Shown here: positions 46,101 through 56,194 of the stretch, piece by piece | How the letters are laid out: every line of letters begins with the position of its first letter | How positions within the stretch are numbered: position 1 is the stretch's first letter | Origin: Squalus acanthias | Taxonomy: Eukaryota | Reading direction: 5' to 3' | Assembly (NCBI GenBank): GCA_030390025.1 | Contig: JASTWF010000346.1 | Location: 434,001-498,000, forward strand | DNA: 64,000 nt | Program-made: the position numbers and the translations under genes | The notes under the pieces: generated by a model | Database searches by the model: none | What the model saw: the letters and a program-made list of their open reading frames with translations, nothing else | Told to the model about the DNA's origin: nothing

Positions 46101-47626
46101 CGGCACTGGGTACAGCAAAAATCTTGGTCCGGGAAGTGTTCTCGCGGTGGGGACTCCCCCGTTTCGTGGAGTCAGACCAAGGGAGTCATTTCACCGGCCA
46201 GGTGATGCAGAACACCCTCATGCTTTTGGGCATTGAAGGGAAGTGGCACGTAGCACACAATCCCCAGTCATCCGGGATTGTTGAACGTATGAACCGGACC
46301 CTGAAGGAGAAATTGAGGAAAGAGACTAGGAACTCGCCCCAAAAATGGGCGGAAGTTCTGCCTTTAGTCCTCATGGGGGTCCGGGCCAGTCAGTCAAAAA
46401 GTACGGGGTACTCCCCGCACGAGGTAATGACCGGCAGGCTCATGCGAACCCCCACCCATGTGCTAGCCCCGGTGCTCACTGAGGGTCAGCTTCAAGAGAT
46501 CAGCAGGGACAAGTTCGCCCAAACTCTCTTGGAGCGCCTGAAGCAAGTTTATGAGCAGGCGGCTGGGAACATGGGAAGGCAGCACCAGGGCAATCGCTTG
46601 TTGCTGGAACCCCGCAAAACGCGGGAGTGGGAAGTAGGAGACCAGGTCATGGTCAGAAACTACGCCAGAGTAGGGAGTCTGGAACCACTGTATATGGGAC
46701 CCTACAACATTGTAGACAAGGCGAGTCCCATGGTTTACGCCGTAAAAGTACCTCGGCGCACTAAGTGGTTCCACATAAACCAATGTAAACTGTACCAGCC
46801 GGGTGCGCAAGGGAAAACTACAGGGGTAAATCCCGCCAATGGGAAAACACAGCCCCAGGTAGGACCACAAGGCACACAGGCAGGCGTAGCAGCTTGCATC
46901 AGGGGAAGGGACATCCCGGACGATCATGCAGCGTTTTTCTGGAGTTGGGGGTTAGATGACGAGGACCCCAGGGTACCCTGGTCAGATGAGGATAGTGCAG
47001 ATGAGCATAGTGATGATGACGGGTGGTTTCAGAGGAACGGTCTGGAAGGATTGGGGCCGCTAGGTAGAGATCCATACGGGGTGGACACACAAGCTGCAGG
47101 TCCCGACAGGAGGAGGAAGGAGCTAGAGGAGGCCGGGCCAGCCGCTATGTGGTTCCCAGAGGTGTGGCCGCCCGCTGTAAACGTCCAGTCCTCAGGGGAG
47201 GCAGAGTTCGCGAGTGAAGGGCCGCCTGCTGGGCCGAGCAGGGCGGGGCCCCGAACTGCCAGCCCCGAGGTTAGGGAGGCGGAGTCAGCGGAGGCGGGGC
47301 TGGCGCCTGTGATGGAACCCCAGGTCATCCCGTTGAAGGTCTCGGGACCCGGTCCGTCCGTCACGGAGCCCCCGCCCATAGCAGTTCCCCGTAGGTCAAG
47401 CAGAGCACCCCAGCCCAGGAAGACGTGGTCAGGTCCACAGGATGCCCCAGGGCGTAAGTTTCAGATTAAGATAACCCGGGTAGAGACAGGCCACATCGAA
47501 GCAGTAACAGGCTGCGGCAGATCAGAGGAAAGGGTCAGCGCAGCAACAGGCTGCGGCAGATCAGAGGGAAGGGTCAGTGCCCTCCCACCGTCGGGAAGAG
47601 CTCGCAGCAGCCTTCTCAGGATTTAA
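43124..47626 (+). CDS. pol: Pol (protease-RT-tether-RNase H-integrase plus a long C-terminal tail), in frame with gag after a single TGA
   Basis: LLDTGAS; LPQGF and YVDD; degenerate RNase H (FLEVAAS, ERHLLA); active RNase H (YVDGS, AEL, SDS, KAH, GN..AD); HHCC, IDYIG, SDQGSHF, VERMNRTLK, GPY. Confidence 0.95.
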   Translation, partial: LEPAQPVYLCPLSYDAWRRPVVEMEVEKQKGSYLLDTGASCTIIHTDDPFDSPLSTKVPFTLAGFTGKEQAGTFSLPLSIRLGTLRLKWKCILMAWQKGGGRGILGSDLLAGHGILVDLRNHCLWGAKGEKGEVMVIQGEEETGVLCTVQPSGGYDLRLMVADVPTDMQTYVTDNMHAFATHKHDCGRVVGFEVSVDGDPMTRPQKQYNFPKEAEPDMEAAMSSLVQQGVLRPIATHVNSPLWPVRKPDNSWRATVDYRVLNSNIPACAPTVAAVADLIGSIPASATTFTVLDISNGFWSIPLRREDQYKFAFTFKGQQYTWNCLPQGFHNSPSIFHQCMAGSLKEFSQPNQIVQYVDDLLLFTDSREEHGPLLDELLELLARKGFKVNPKKARIGQQEVKFLGLTLRAGERAIDKARRESVQELPIPNNVRGVRSFLGLTGYCRDFIEDYAATAAPLLRLLHKGVEWLWDEGCQAAFEKLKRDLQTAPALGAIDGGKEFFLEVAASGDSLSAVLLQERHGKLRPVVYSSRVLTDVERSFSNCERHLLATHWAVKRSAIFTGLSPITLLTHHTPTKMLLDGRIKDGTVSSARIARWTLLLSQLDIRVKGLCEPRLAANLVYPGTAHRCSVEGVWEVDIGLRAGIHPTGREIYVDGSSTVSAGERLTGCGVYDPAADLALAIKLPSTMSAQQAELSAVVYVVTHPDIFPTPYTICSDSMFTCNSCTEYLAIWSRRGYTSADGRPLTVKPLLEKILAAAVGEEGEIFIHKVKAHSSTEPRGEGNRQADALAREGARDGTFWNPYRTGPIAAVRGGDGNTGNTRVALPLDLKTVQAQDPALKAVLKTIAEGRQVEGPYSTATLSVKEGMLFREEQWVVPQQHRREFLQLAHEGPGAGHPGPEVTWQRVEQAGWWPGLREQVREFCANCLVCAANNPDPQKRKVPMGHVRRVEGPWQSIQIDYIGPLPTTQGGYKYCLVLVDVFSKWVEAFPCRTATALGTAKILVREVFSRWGLPRFVESDQGSHFTGQVMQNTLMLLGIEGKWHVAHNPQSSGIVERMNRTLKEKLRKETRNSPQKWAEVLPLVLMGVRASQSKSTGYSPHEVMTGRLMRTPTHVLAPVLTEGQLQEISRDKFAQTLLERLKQVYEQAAGNMGRQHQGNRLLLEPRKTREWEVGDQVMVRNYARVGSLEPLYMGPYNIVDKASPMVYAVKVPRRTKWFHINQCKLYQPGAQGKTTGVNPANGKTQPQVGPQGTQAGVAACIRGRDIPDDHAAFFWSWGLDDEDPRVPWSDEDSADEHSDDDGWFQRNGLEGLGPLGRDPYGVDTQAAGPDRRRKELEEAGPAAMWFPEVWPPAVNVQSSGEAEFASEGPPAGPSRAGPRTASPEVREAESAEAGLAPVMEPQVIPLKVSGPGPSVTEPPPIAVPRRSSRAPQPRKTWSGPQDAPGRKFQIKITRVETGHIEAVTGCGRSEERVSAATGCGRSEGRVSALPPSGRARSSLLRI

Positions 47627-47746
47627 AGGGGCCGCCCTGAGAACGGGCGGCATTGTAAAGTTTAGTTTAAGGTTTTAAGTTTAGTTTAAAGTTTTAAGTA
47701 GTTTTAATAAGTTTAAGTTTGTAGTGGTTTTAACAGATAACGACAA

Positions 47747-50257
47747 ATGATGGGAGTTTTAAGGCTAGGTTTAGAGGAAGTCTATCCAGCGTACATGTCT
47801 TTTTACGTGAGGCGAGGTCAGGGGACCCGCTCACCCTTCACAAAAGCCAGAGACTCTTGGGAGGCTGGCTACAGCATTTTATCTGATCACAGGAACCAAG
47901 GAAGGATGGAACGACTCATAGTATTGCTCGTGGCAATCGGATGTGGATTGGCCTATCGGGGCCTCACCAAGGATGTCGTGGTGTTTGGATGTTCCGGGGA
48001 CACGGCCCCCATCGCGGTGGATGGGACCGGGAGACGGAAGGCAGAAGGGACCAGCACCTATTTCCACAAGGGAAGGTGGCCAGGATGGCTGGGAACGAAC
48101 TCAACGGAGTATTCCAGCACATCGGGGTTCGCCTACAAAGAGACTTCTTTAATGTGCCCCAAAGTACGGATCATCGCACCCAGGATCAGCGTCACCGTCG
48201 GCAAACGGATTTGTTTGACCTGCAGTGGGAATGTCCCATTGAGCCGATGGTGGTGGCTGCGAAAGCTGAGCAAAACTATGAGGAACTCTTCGGTTGAGTG
48301 GGAGCGACTGGGTAATAATACCCATCGGACAATTACGGGGACAGATGGACAAGTGAAAGTCTGTTGGGACAAATGGTGGGAACCGGATGAGGGGATTTAT
48401 GTTTGTATGTGGGGGTCAAAGTACGTTTGCCCCAAAGGCATCTCCATATTCTTTATTAATCAGTGGCAGGATAACGGACAGGGGATGAGGTGGGATGCGA
48501 GCACCAGGGGGTGCGGAGCCCCATACTCTCCGATCCCAGTAAATGCCACTGAGCTCATTACGCGCCCACGCAAAGCCCCGCCCACGATTCCGGTAGTTCT
48601 AACTGAGGAAGAAGGGTGCCCTAAAACTAGTAAGGGACCCGGGAACGGTTTGGTACTGGTCCCCACAGACCAGATACTATTTCAGGGAGTGCATTACGCG
48701 GTGGCCTCGGTGATTTTAAATCTCACTGAGGTACGGTTACCAGAGTGGTGCCCCAAAAAGACGGAACAGTTGTACCAGGTCCTGTTGACCAAGATGTTCA
48801 GGCAGTTTTACGAATTTGACTTTGCAGAAATTGATAAGACAAGTTTATACACCGCACCGCAGGAAGTTTTGGATCAAGTTGGGAGGCAAAGAAGGGGTTT
48901 GGTGAACGATGCGTTCACTGCTTTTAACACAGGGACATCTGTGGTCAACGCTCTAGACAGTGTGGAGCTGCAGACCCAGATTAATGGTTTAAAAACACAG
49001 TTAAAGGATATTCTCACAGATGAGAATAAAGTGGTAGGGTCGGGTCTGCACGAGGACCAAGCCATGACACTACACTTAAAAGAGATTATAGCAGAGCTGG
49101 AGAAACATGCGCGTACGGTAAATGCCCTGATTAGGGAAGATCGGAATGCATCCGATCAAGCTGCGCAGAACGAGGTGTGCGTGCTTTACGGGGCGTGGTT
49201 ACTGGGCGAGGGCCGCAGTAATTTGGAGGATTTAAAACAAGGTTTGGTCCCGTCCTGGATAAGTAACAAACACCTGCGGGCGCTCCACCCTTTTCAGAAC
49301 GCATTAAGTCCGTGCCAGCTCAGGCTAGCTTCAGAAGCTTACCCAGTCCCCGTGGACTGCGGACGTTCAAACCATACTATTATGGGAATAGTATTACGCA
49401 TGCCGGTTTTGGGCAACACAGCAAAGCCCGCCCCGGTGTATCGGGTAGAGAACATTGGTGTCATTCAGGGGGGAGCCCACATTCGTTATGCAGCGGTTCC
49501 ACCTTACGTCATCCGCTGGGAGCAAACGATGACAGGTACAGATCTCTCTGGTTGTCGTGGCAGGGGAGCACACATAATACTGTGCCCCCAGCACTTGAAT
49601 GCCTTTTTAACACCACAGTGCGGGTTCAGAACGGCTGGCGCCAAGTCCATGAATTGCACCATGGAGGCAATGGCACAAGATCATGTGCCTCCGCAGGTAG
49701 CATACATCGGGGGTGGAACATATTGTGTTACCACTGCAGCGCAACACTACCAGCATGGAAACCGTAGCCGGTGTCCGGTGAGTGACAGCAGTTTCTGTTT
49801 TAAACCCAGGGCTGAAGTTCAAGTAGCACAACAGCGAATTATCCCAATCCCTGAACCATCCACTGTTCATCTCACAGTAAAAGAGAATTTTACCGACTTG
49901 CAGCGATTTGTCGCACATTTTGGGTACCTCATTCCCCCTCTCCCTGAACATTTAACCAAACTTCTGAAAGCCGTCGCGGTGTCACAAAAGCATTTCTATA
50001 CTTTAGAACAGAAAACCGTCGAGATAGGTACAGACATTTTGGACATAGTGGTTCCACCGTGGTGGAATCTGTTCACGAATATTGAAGTGCCCTCATGGGT
50101 CAGAATAGCCTCCCACATTTTAGTCGTCTGTCAAGTGTTTATTGTAGTATACCTTTTGTTCATACATTGTAAAAGAGACAAGCGCCTCACCAAGCATGAG
50201 AACACGGGAGAGTGGCGAGAACGTTACGTGCGCGTGCACGATGAGAGCGCAGTGTAA
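47747..50257 (+). CDS. env: Env-like class I fusion glycoprotein (likely start ATG 47906) with an N-terminal Ig-like domain
   Basis: Signal peptide MERLIVLLVAIGCGLA; NxS/T sites; furin site RQRR (48884-48895) followed by a hydrophobic peptide and a heptad repeat; Cys-rich region; TM ILVVCQVFIVVYLLFI; short tail. Confidence 0.88.
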   Translation: MMGVLRLGLEEVYPAYMSFYVRRGQGTRSPFTKARDSWEAGYSILSDHRNQGRMERLIVLLVAIGCGLAYRGLTKDVVVFGCSGDTAPIAVDGTGRRKAEGTSTYFHKGRWPGWLGTNSTEYSSTSGFAYKETSLMCPKVRIIAPRISVTVGKRICLTCSGNVPLSRWWWLRKLSKTMRNSSVEWERLGNNTHRTITGTDGQVKVCWDKWWEPDEGIYVCMWGSKYVCPKGISIFFINQWQDNGQGMRWDASTRGCGAPYSPIPVNATELITRPRKAPPTIPVVLTEEEGCPKTSKGPGNGLVLVPTDQILFQGVHYAVASVILNLTEVRLPEWCPKKTEQLYQVLLTKMFRQFYEFDFAEIDKTSLYTAPQEVLDQVGRQRRGLVNDAFTAFNTGTSVVNALDSVELQTQINGLKTQLKDILTDENKVVGSGLHEDQAMTLHLKEIIAELEKHARTVNALIREDRNASDQAAQNEVCVLYGAWLLGEGRSNLEDLKQGLVPSWISNKHLRALHPFQNALSPCQLRLASEAYPVPVDCGRSNHTIMGIVLRMPVLGNTAKPAPVYRVENIGVIQGGAHIRYAAVPPYVIRWEQTMTGTDLSGCRGRGAHIILCPQHLNAFLTPQCGFRTAGAKSMNCTMEAMAQDHVPPQVAYIGGGTYCVTTAAQHYQHGNRSRCPVSDSSFCFKPRAEVQVAQQRIIPIPEPSTVHLTVKENFTDLQRFVAHFGYLIPPLPEHLTKLLKAVAVSQKHFYTLEQKTVEIGTDILDIVVPPWWNLFTNIEVPSWVRIASHILVVCQVFIVVYLLFIHCKRDKRLTKHENTGEWRERYVRVHDESAV

Positions 50258-50670
50258 TGGGAAAATGGCGTCACTCCCGCTCGCCACGTGCGCCGCGGAA
50301 GTTTGTACTCAGTGTAAATACGTTGGAAACTCGACATGTTTAAGAGTTGGGATTTGTTTATCTTGGTGATGGTGTTGATTGTTTTTTTTTTTTTGGGTTT
50401 TGTTTTTCCTTCCCTTGAATAAAAGATAAATATACAGGTGATGCGTGAGGTATCGGCCTGGTTACGCCGGGAAGGAAGACAAGTGGTGTAAGTTTAAGGG
50501 CAAATGATGCCTATGGTGATATAAAATGTGATTTTCTTGGGAAATAAGGACGACACAGAGACCCTAGTGAAGTTAAAATTTTATGGGATTAATTTACTGG
50601 ATTCGGAGTGAAATCGAGATAAGATTGCTCACCACTGAGTTTTGATACGATAAGCGGAGTTATTCGCATC

Positions 50671-50680
50671 AACAGGAGGG
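50671..50680 (+). promoter_or_regulatory. Polypurine tract
   Basis: AACAGGAGGG followed by AC and then the 3' LTR. Confidence 0.7.
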
Positions 50681-50682
50681 AC

Positions 50683-52289
50683 TGTAGAATTCGCAATTAT
50701 CGCGATTTCATTTTATTAAGGAGAAAACACAAGTTTCATTCAAAACAGCTTTTATTTCAGCGGAATGCTGTCAGGTTTAAATTGGACACAAGCAGCCTGT
50801 AAAATGGCCGCCGCACCGCGTGACAGAACATTCGAGACTTTTCGGCAGGCAGACAAGATGGCGTTCCAATAAACATTTTTGCAGGATCGATAACGATTCA
50901 GCACAGTGAAGACAATACACAGGACATTATGGGTTTACAGTATAAACATCGATACTGGAATCGGTCTCCCAGGTACAAAGGAAAGCCATCAAGGGCCCAT
51001 CCAAAGGACATTAATATGTAAACTCCCAACGGCTCTACGATGAGAGAGCCGTTAGCAGGTAGTTATGCAGGACATTTGGAAGCCCCAAACCCCTCCAGGG
51101 GGAACACCGACCGATTTAACAATGGGAGAAGTATTAACAGGTACTCAAACATTCAGGAGTAGCCCCGAAACCCATTAAAGACAGAGATCACCCATACAGG
51201 ACTTTTTGGGCGCCAAACCTTAAACAAAAGAATGGACATTATAGTTGGGCGGGAAACGGAAGAACTGTGCACTATAATTGCAGGCCCAAACCGTCCATTC
51301 TGTCTCTTGATTCTTGCCTCTTGACTCCTGATTCTTGCTCTTGCCTCGTGTTCGTGACTCTTGCCGCTTGCTGCTGTTAACCTCGTGGCTGCTCCTGGGT
51401 AAAAGACTGTTGCAAAGACCTATGTTGGTAGCTGGCAGCGGAACCGAAGGCCCGGGATGAGATGAGATGAGATGAGATGAGAGGAGAAGAGAAGAAGACC
51501 TTATCCATCGCCACGGTCAGTAAATCCCGACCGCGCCTGTAGGTCGATCAGCCAAGTCTTCTTGACGACGAAGTTTTCTTCTAACAAAACATATTGCATC
51601 GATGATAACTGGACTGTGCAAACACATCGTATCAGCGATATTGACAACGGTGTTCCACCATACCCTGTATCCAACCAACAGAGGTCTTCACTACAGCGGA
51701 CGGTCCAGCCGACTGACCGAGCAGCAGAAGCAGTAAACAAGTGGGACCAGGAGATCTCCTGACCAACACGTGGGTGCTGCGGTGAAAAACATCCGATCAG
51801 CTATTCGGGATTTCTCCGAGTTATTACGAGTGGTGAGCATGAGTCTCGGGATCCTGCGAAGCTAGTTTCAGGATAGTTATTGATAGGGGAGGGTTTAAAG
51901 TAAGGATATTTGTAATGTGTGCCCTATTTACGTTGTGCTGGTCGTTCCTCGTTTCCCTAAGAGTGATTATAACTGTTTGTAAGATTGTACTGTCATTAAT
52001 CTGTGCATATGACATGTATTTCATAATTTTAAGTATCATGCAATAAAGATTTTCCATTTCGTACCGTTCAAACCAAGTCTACATGAGTTTTATCTCCATT
52101 GCTGCTCTCGCATCTAAGTCCAGTGTCTAGAACCGTAAGGGAGAGTGATTCGAACCACTCACAGGGGTGTCTAGTGTTCCCAGACTGGCTGGAGACCAGG
52201 CCTAGACCCGCACTGACATACAGGCTGCACAGAGCCGCGTGAATCTCACAGGTTACGAGACACGCAGGGTCAGGAGAGTATCCCTTACA
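50683..52289 (+). repeat. 3' LTR (1607 bp)
   Basis: Copy of 39701-41307, including the same (GAGAT)n microsatellite length. Confidence 0.97.
52042..52047 (+). terminator. Putative polyadenylation signal in the 3' LTR (counterpart 41060-41065)
   Basis: AATAAA about 245 bp before the LTR end. Confidence 0.6.
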
Positions 52290-52414
52290 GCGTTGATATT
52301 TCATCTGGACCGAGAATCTCTTTCGATTAATGGTTTAAGACTTGCAGGTTCCAAGAATCCACATTCCAGGCAGTTCAGAACTCTCAAACTTGCATTCATA
52401 TAGCGCCTTTGACA

Positions 52415-52722
52415 CCAGGTCACTTAAGGAGATATTAGGACAGGTGACCAAAGGTTTGGTCAAAGAGGGAGGTTTTAAGGAGCGTTTTAAAGGAGAGAGA
52501 GGTAGAGAGGCGGAGAGGTTTAGGGAGGGAATTCCAGAGTTTAGGCCTAGGCTGCTGAAGGCATAGCCGCCAATGGTAGAGCGATGAAAATTCAGGGATG
52601 CGGAAGAGGCCAGAATTGGAGGAGCGCAGAGATCTCGGAGGGTTGTAGGGCTGGAGGAGGTTACAGAGATAGGGAGGGGTGAGGTCTTGGAGGGATTTGA
52701 ACACGAGGATGAGAATTACAAA
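52415..52722 (-). mobile_element. L2-clade LINE 3' fragment
   Basis: VFKSLQDLTPPYLCNLLQPYNPPRSLRSS...WNSLPKPLR. Confidence 0.8.
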
Positions 52723-53599
52723 GTCTCGGTCATTGTTCCCAGCAAATGGGCTCATCCCATTCACTCATCCCGTGTGCGGTGGGCCACCAGGGCAGCCAGC
52801 CTCCAGAAGAGCAGAGTTAACCAACCTCTTCTTCTGCCCTGGGAGTGAAGCCTTTCATTCATTGAGCTACATTTTGTTCTCTGGAAGGGTGTGATTGGCC
52901 TGGAGAGAGATGCCAGTGTGATTGGCCCTCACAGATCCACGGCTGCGGCCTGTGAGTTTTTAAAATTTGTTTATGGGATGTGGGCGTCGCTGGCAAGGCC
53001 AGCATTTATTGCCCATCCCTAATTGCCCTTAATGGTTCATTCTCCCCACCCTTTGTCAATGTCACTGGAACCAATCACCAGATGGTGCGAGAGTGCGGCC
53101 TGGGATGGTTCACTCTCTGATTCTCCTTCCCAGTCCTCCACTCAGCCTTCACTTTCCAGAGACATGGCTGTGATCTGGAACTTGACGTGAATGTATATAT
53201 TACTCCTGTATGTACCTTGAGGGATTTGATTGGATCTGTATGGGGCAATTGATGGAGATTCAAAATAGATGTGTATCATTCACAGTGTCAATGGATCCAA
53301 ATGGAGAAAGGTTCGTGGAGATCACAAATGGAGAAAGGTTGAGGAAGTTCAAATTAATCTGAATGGAGCTCAACAGGAAAACCCAGATAGTGCAAATCCA
53401 GATTTTAAAATGCTTCTAAAAAAATCAACATTATTTATAACAGGGACTGGCAGGGCTAATCTTAATAAGGAGGGAGGGTCGGATAAATTTCTTCACTCAG
53501 AAAGGTTGTAAAAGCATGATATGTGGTCTCCTTACCTAATTATCAGGAATTTTAGTCTCCTTAGTTAAAGAAGGATAGACTTCCCCAGGGGTCATAGTC

Positions 53600-53986
53600 T
53601 TAGGATATCCGAGTTCCAGACTCCCCAGCCAGGGGAAACAGCCTCTCAGCATTTACCCTGTCAATCCCCTTCAGAATCTTGTATGTTTCAATGAGATCAT
53701 CTCTCATTCTTCTAAACTCCAGAGAGTATAGGCCCATTCTACACAATCTCTCCTCAGAGGACAGCCCTCTCATCCCAGGAATCAATCTAGTGAACCTTCG
53801 TTGCACTGCCTCCAAGGCAAGTATATCCTTCCTCAGATAAGGAGACTAAAACTGTGCACAGTACTCCAGGTGTGGTCTCACCAAGGCCCTGTACAATTCT
53901 AGCAAGACTTCCTTACTCTTATACTCCAACCCTCTTGCAATAAAGGCCAACATGCCATTTGCCTTCCTAATTGCTTGCTGTACCTG
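53600..53986 (-). mobile_element. CR1 ORF2 fragment
   Basis: QQAIRKANGMLAFIARGLEYKS...LEFRRMRDDLIETYKIL. Confidence 0.85.
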
Positions 53987-54552
53987 TGATTCGTGTACAA
54001 GGATTAGTGCAGGAGCCCCAGCTACAACTCTGAAGAGACACATTAGGGCTCTGACCTCACTCCAATTGTAGCCAGAAGTGCATACCTGGCAAGATCTAAT
54101 TAAGAATGACCTATTTCTTTTATTCTACCTTTTTCATTCCATGTGTGGCGAGGGCAATATCCTTAGCGTGCGAGTTCTTTCAAACGCCGTCATGGGTTCA
54201 ATGAAAACCAAACAAAAAAGTATTCTTCAACTCAGTCATGGTCTTCATGAAAGAGGCGCTTCTGGCCAATATTCCCCCTCTTGGCATTCATGTGAAAGGA
54301 AAGTTAGAATAATTCAAGATGCACATTGCATTCCAGGATCTGGCTTTACTTCAAAAACAAAAGTTGCCTGTGATTTCAGAAGAGGAACCAAGCGTCAAAA
54401 CAAAGGGAAATGCAGAATGGAGAAGCTCGGAATTGCAACCCCACTGCCTTGTATTTGAGGCAGCTTCTTGTTGCAATCTGCAGGGATACGCACTGCATCC
54501 AAAAAATACAACATTGACAATACAAAAATAAAAATCATCTTTCTCTGTACAA

Positions 54553-55018
54553 AGAACACTTGCATTTATACAGCGCCTTTCACGACCTCAGGACGTCCCA
54601 AAGCGCTTTACAGCCAATGAAGTACATTTTTGAAGTGGAGCCACTGTTGTAATGTAGGAAAGGCAGCAGCCAATTTGCGTACAGCAAGATCCCACTAACA
54701 GCAATGTGATAATGGCTAGATCATCTGTTTTAGTGATGTTGATTGAGGGATAAATATTGGCCAGGACACCAGGGAGAACTCCCTGCTCGTCTTCGAAATA
54801 GTGCCATGGGATCTTTTACATCCACCTGAGAGAGCAGACGGGGCCTTGGTTTAACGTCTCATCGGAAAGACAGCATCTCGGACAGTGCGGTGCTCCCTCA
54901 GGACTGCACTGGGAGTGTCAGCCTAGATTTTTGTGCTCAAGTCTCTGGAGTGGGACTTGAACCCACAACCTTCTGACTCAGGAGTTGAGGGTGCTGCCCA
55001 CTGAGCCACGGCTGACAC
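54553..55018 (-). mobile_element. SacSINE1/DeuSINE-like SINE, full length
   Basis: Family sequence from head to tail. Confidence 0.85.
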
Positions 55019-55299
55019 TATATAAATACAAGTTGTTGTTGTTGAGAGATGTGGCCTAATTTGATTCTCCTCCTGATTTTCCCTGCCGTCACCCCGTGTG
55101 AGGATGTCCCCTCTGCACAGTTGGCACTGCAGAGGTCATTACCTGACCATGTCGGAGAGAAGGAGAGACAACCCAAACCTTGCGGCAGGGTCTGCAGGAG
55201 CTTAAAGGCATTGCACCGCTTCAGGACTCTGCTGCACTTGATGCAGATTGACAGCTGAGGGGCCAATGGTGGGTAGGTTATTGGAATTTAGGTCACTTA

Positions 55300-56194
55300 G
55301 GGGTAAAAATTCAGTTGGTTGCGCCTCCCGTTAGCGCCTTAAGAGGGCGCTAATGGGGCGCAAAGCCGCTAACGCCCGGGCGCAGCGATGTTTGCGCCGC
55401 TCGGGAACTTAACTTGACATTGTGCGGCGGCGCTAAAACTTACCGCTGCGACCACCTGCGCGCGCAGATTGTGACGTCATTCCATGGTGCAACGCCCTTG
55501 TGGTGCCCCGGAGTGGAAATTGAGTGGCGCCCCCTGCCTTACCGCCTGGCGCTTCCAACGACCAGAAGACTGGAACGCTATCAATCGCTGTGGGGCTGGG
55601 GGGGGGGCGCTATTTAAAGGGGGCCTCTTCCTGTCTTTTATTGTTGGTGGCATTTTTGAACTACGCATTCTGAGAGAGAGAGGGAGAGACTTCTGGAGAG
55701 ATTCAACATTGTGTGAAGGAGTTTTGGGTACTGAGCAGCACTTTGCAGGTTCATTTTGATTTGCCATTCCTTGTATCGATTTAGCAGAGACTGTGGGAGC
55801 TGCACTCTGAGCTCTTTGCCTGGTACTCTCCATTGTTCTTTCCAGCACATTTGATGTGCAAGTCTCTCCAGGCCGAGATTCAAGGCTGCAATGAACAGGA
55901 TGTGGATGGAAAGCAAGATTAACCATCCCCTTTAAGAACTGGCCCGTGCCATTGTGTGTGTGTTTCATTGCTGACTGACATTACATGAGCTTCGCCAGCG
56001 CTCTGAGTTAGCGCCTCACTCCTTGGTCTTTGCGCCTTAAGACAGGTGTGCAGCGCCTGATTTAGCGCTCCACTCACCTCCCGGGGCGGTAAAAGTGAAG
56101 TTTCCAGTCAGTGCCGATAATTAGCGCCAGGCGCTCATATTTGCGTCCGGACAATATTTGCGCCCCAAATGGGGCGCGACCTAATTTCTACCCC
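55300..56194. mobile_element. PIF/Harbinger-like MITE, copy 2 (longer internal segment)
   Basis: TIRs GGGGTAAAAATT...AATTTCTACCCC; TSD TTA on both sides. Confidence 0.8.

Larger units (their letters stand above)
39701..52289 (+). mobile_element. Intact endogenous enveloped LTR retroelement (lokiretrovirus-like): LTR-gag-pol-env-LTR
   Basis: TG...CA LTRs of equal length; TSD GCGT (39697-39700 and 52290-52293); PBS; PPT; three uninterrupted ORFs. Confidence 0.95.
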
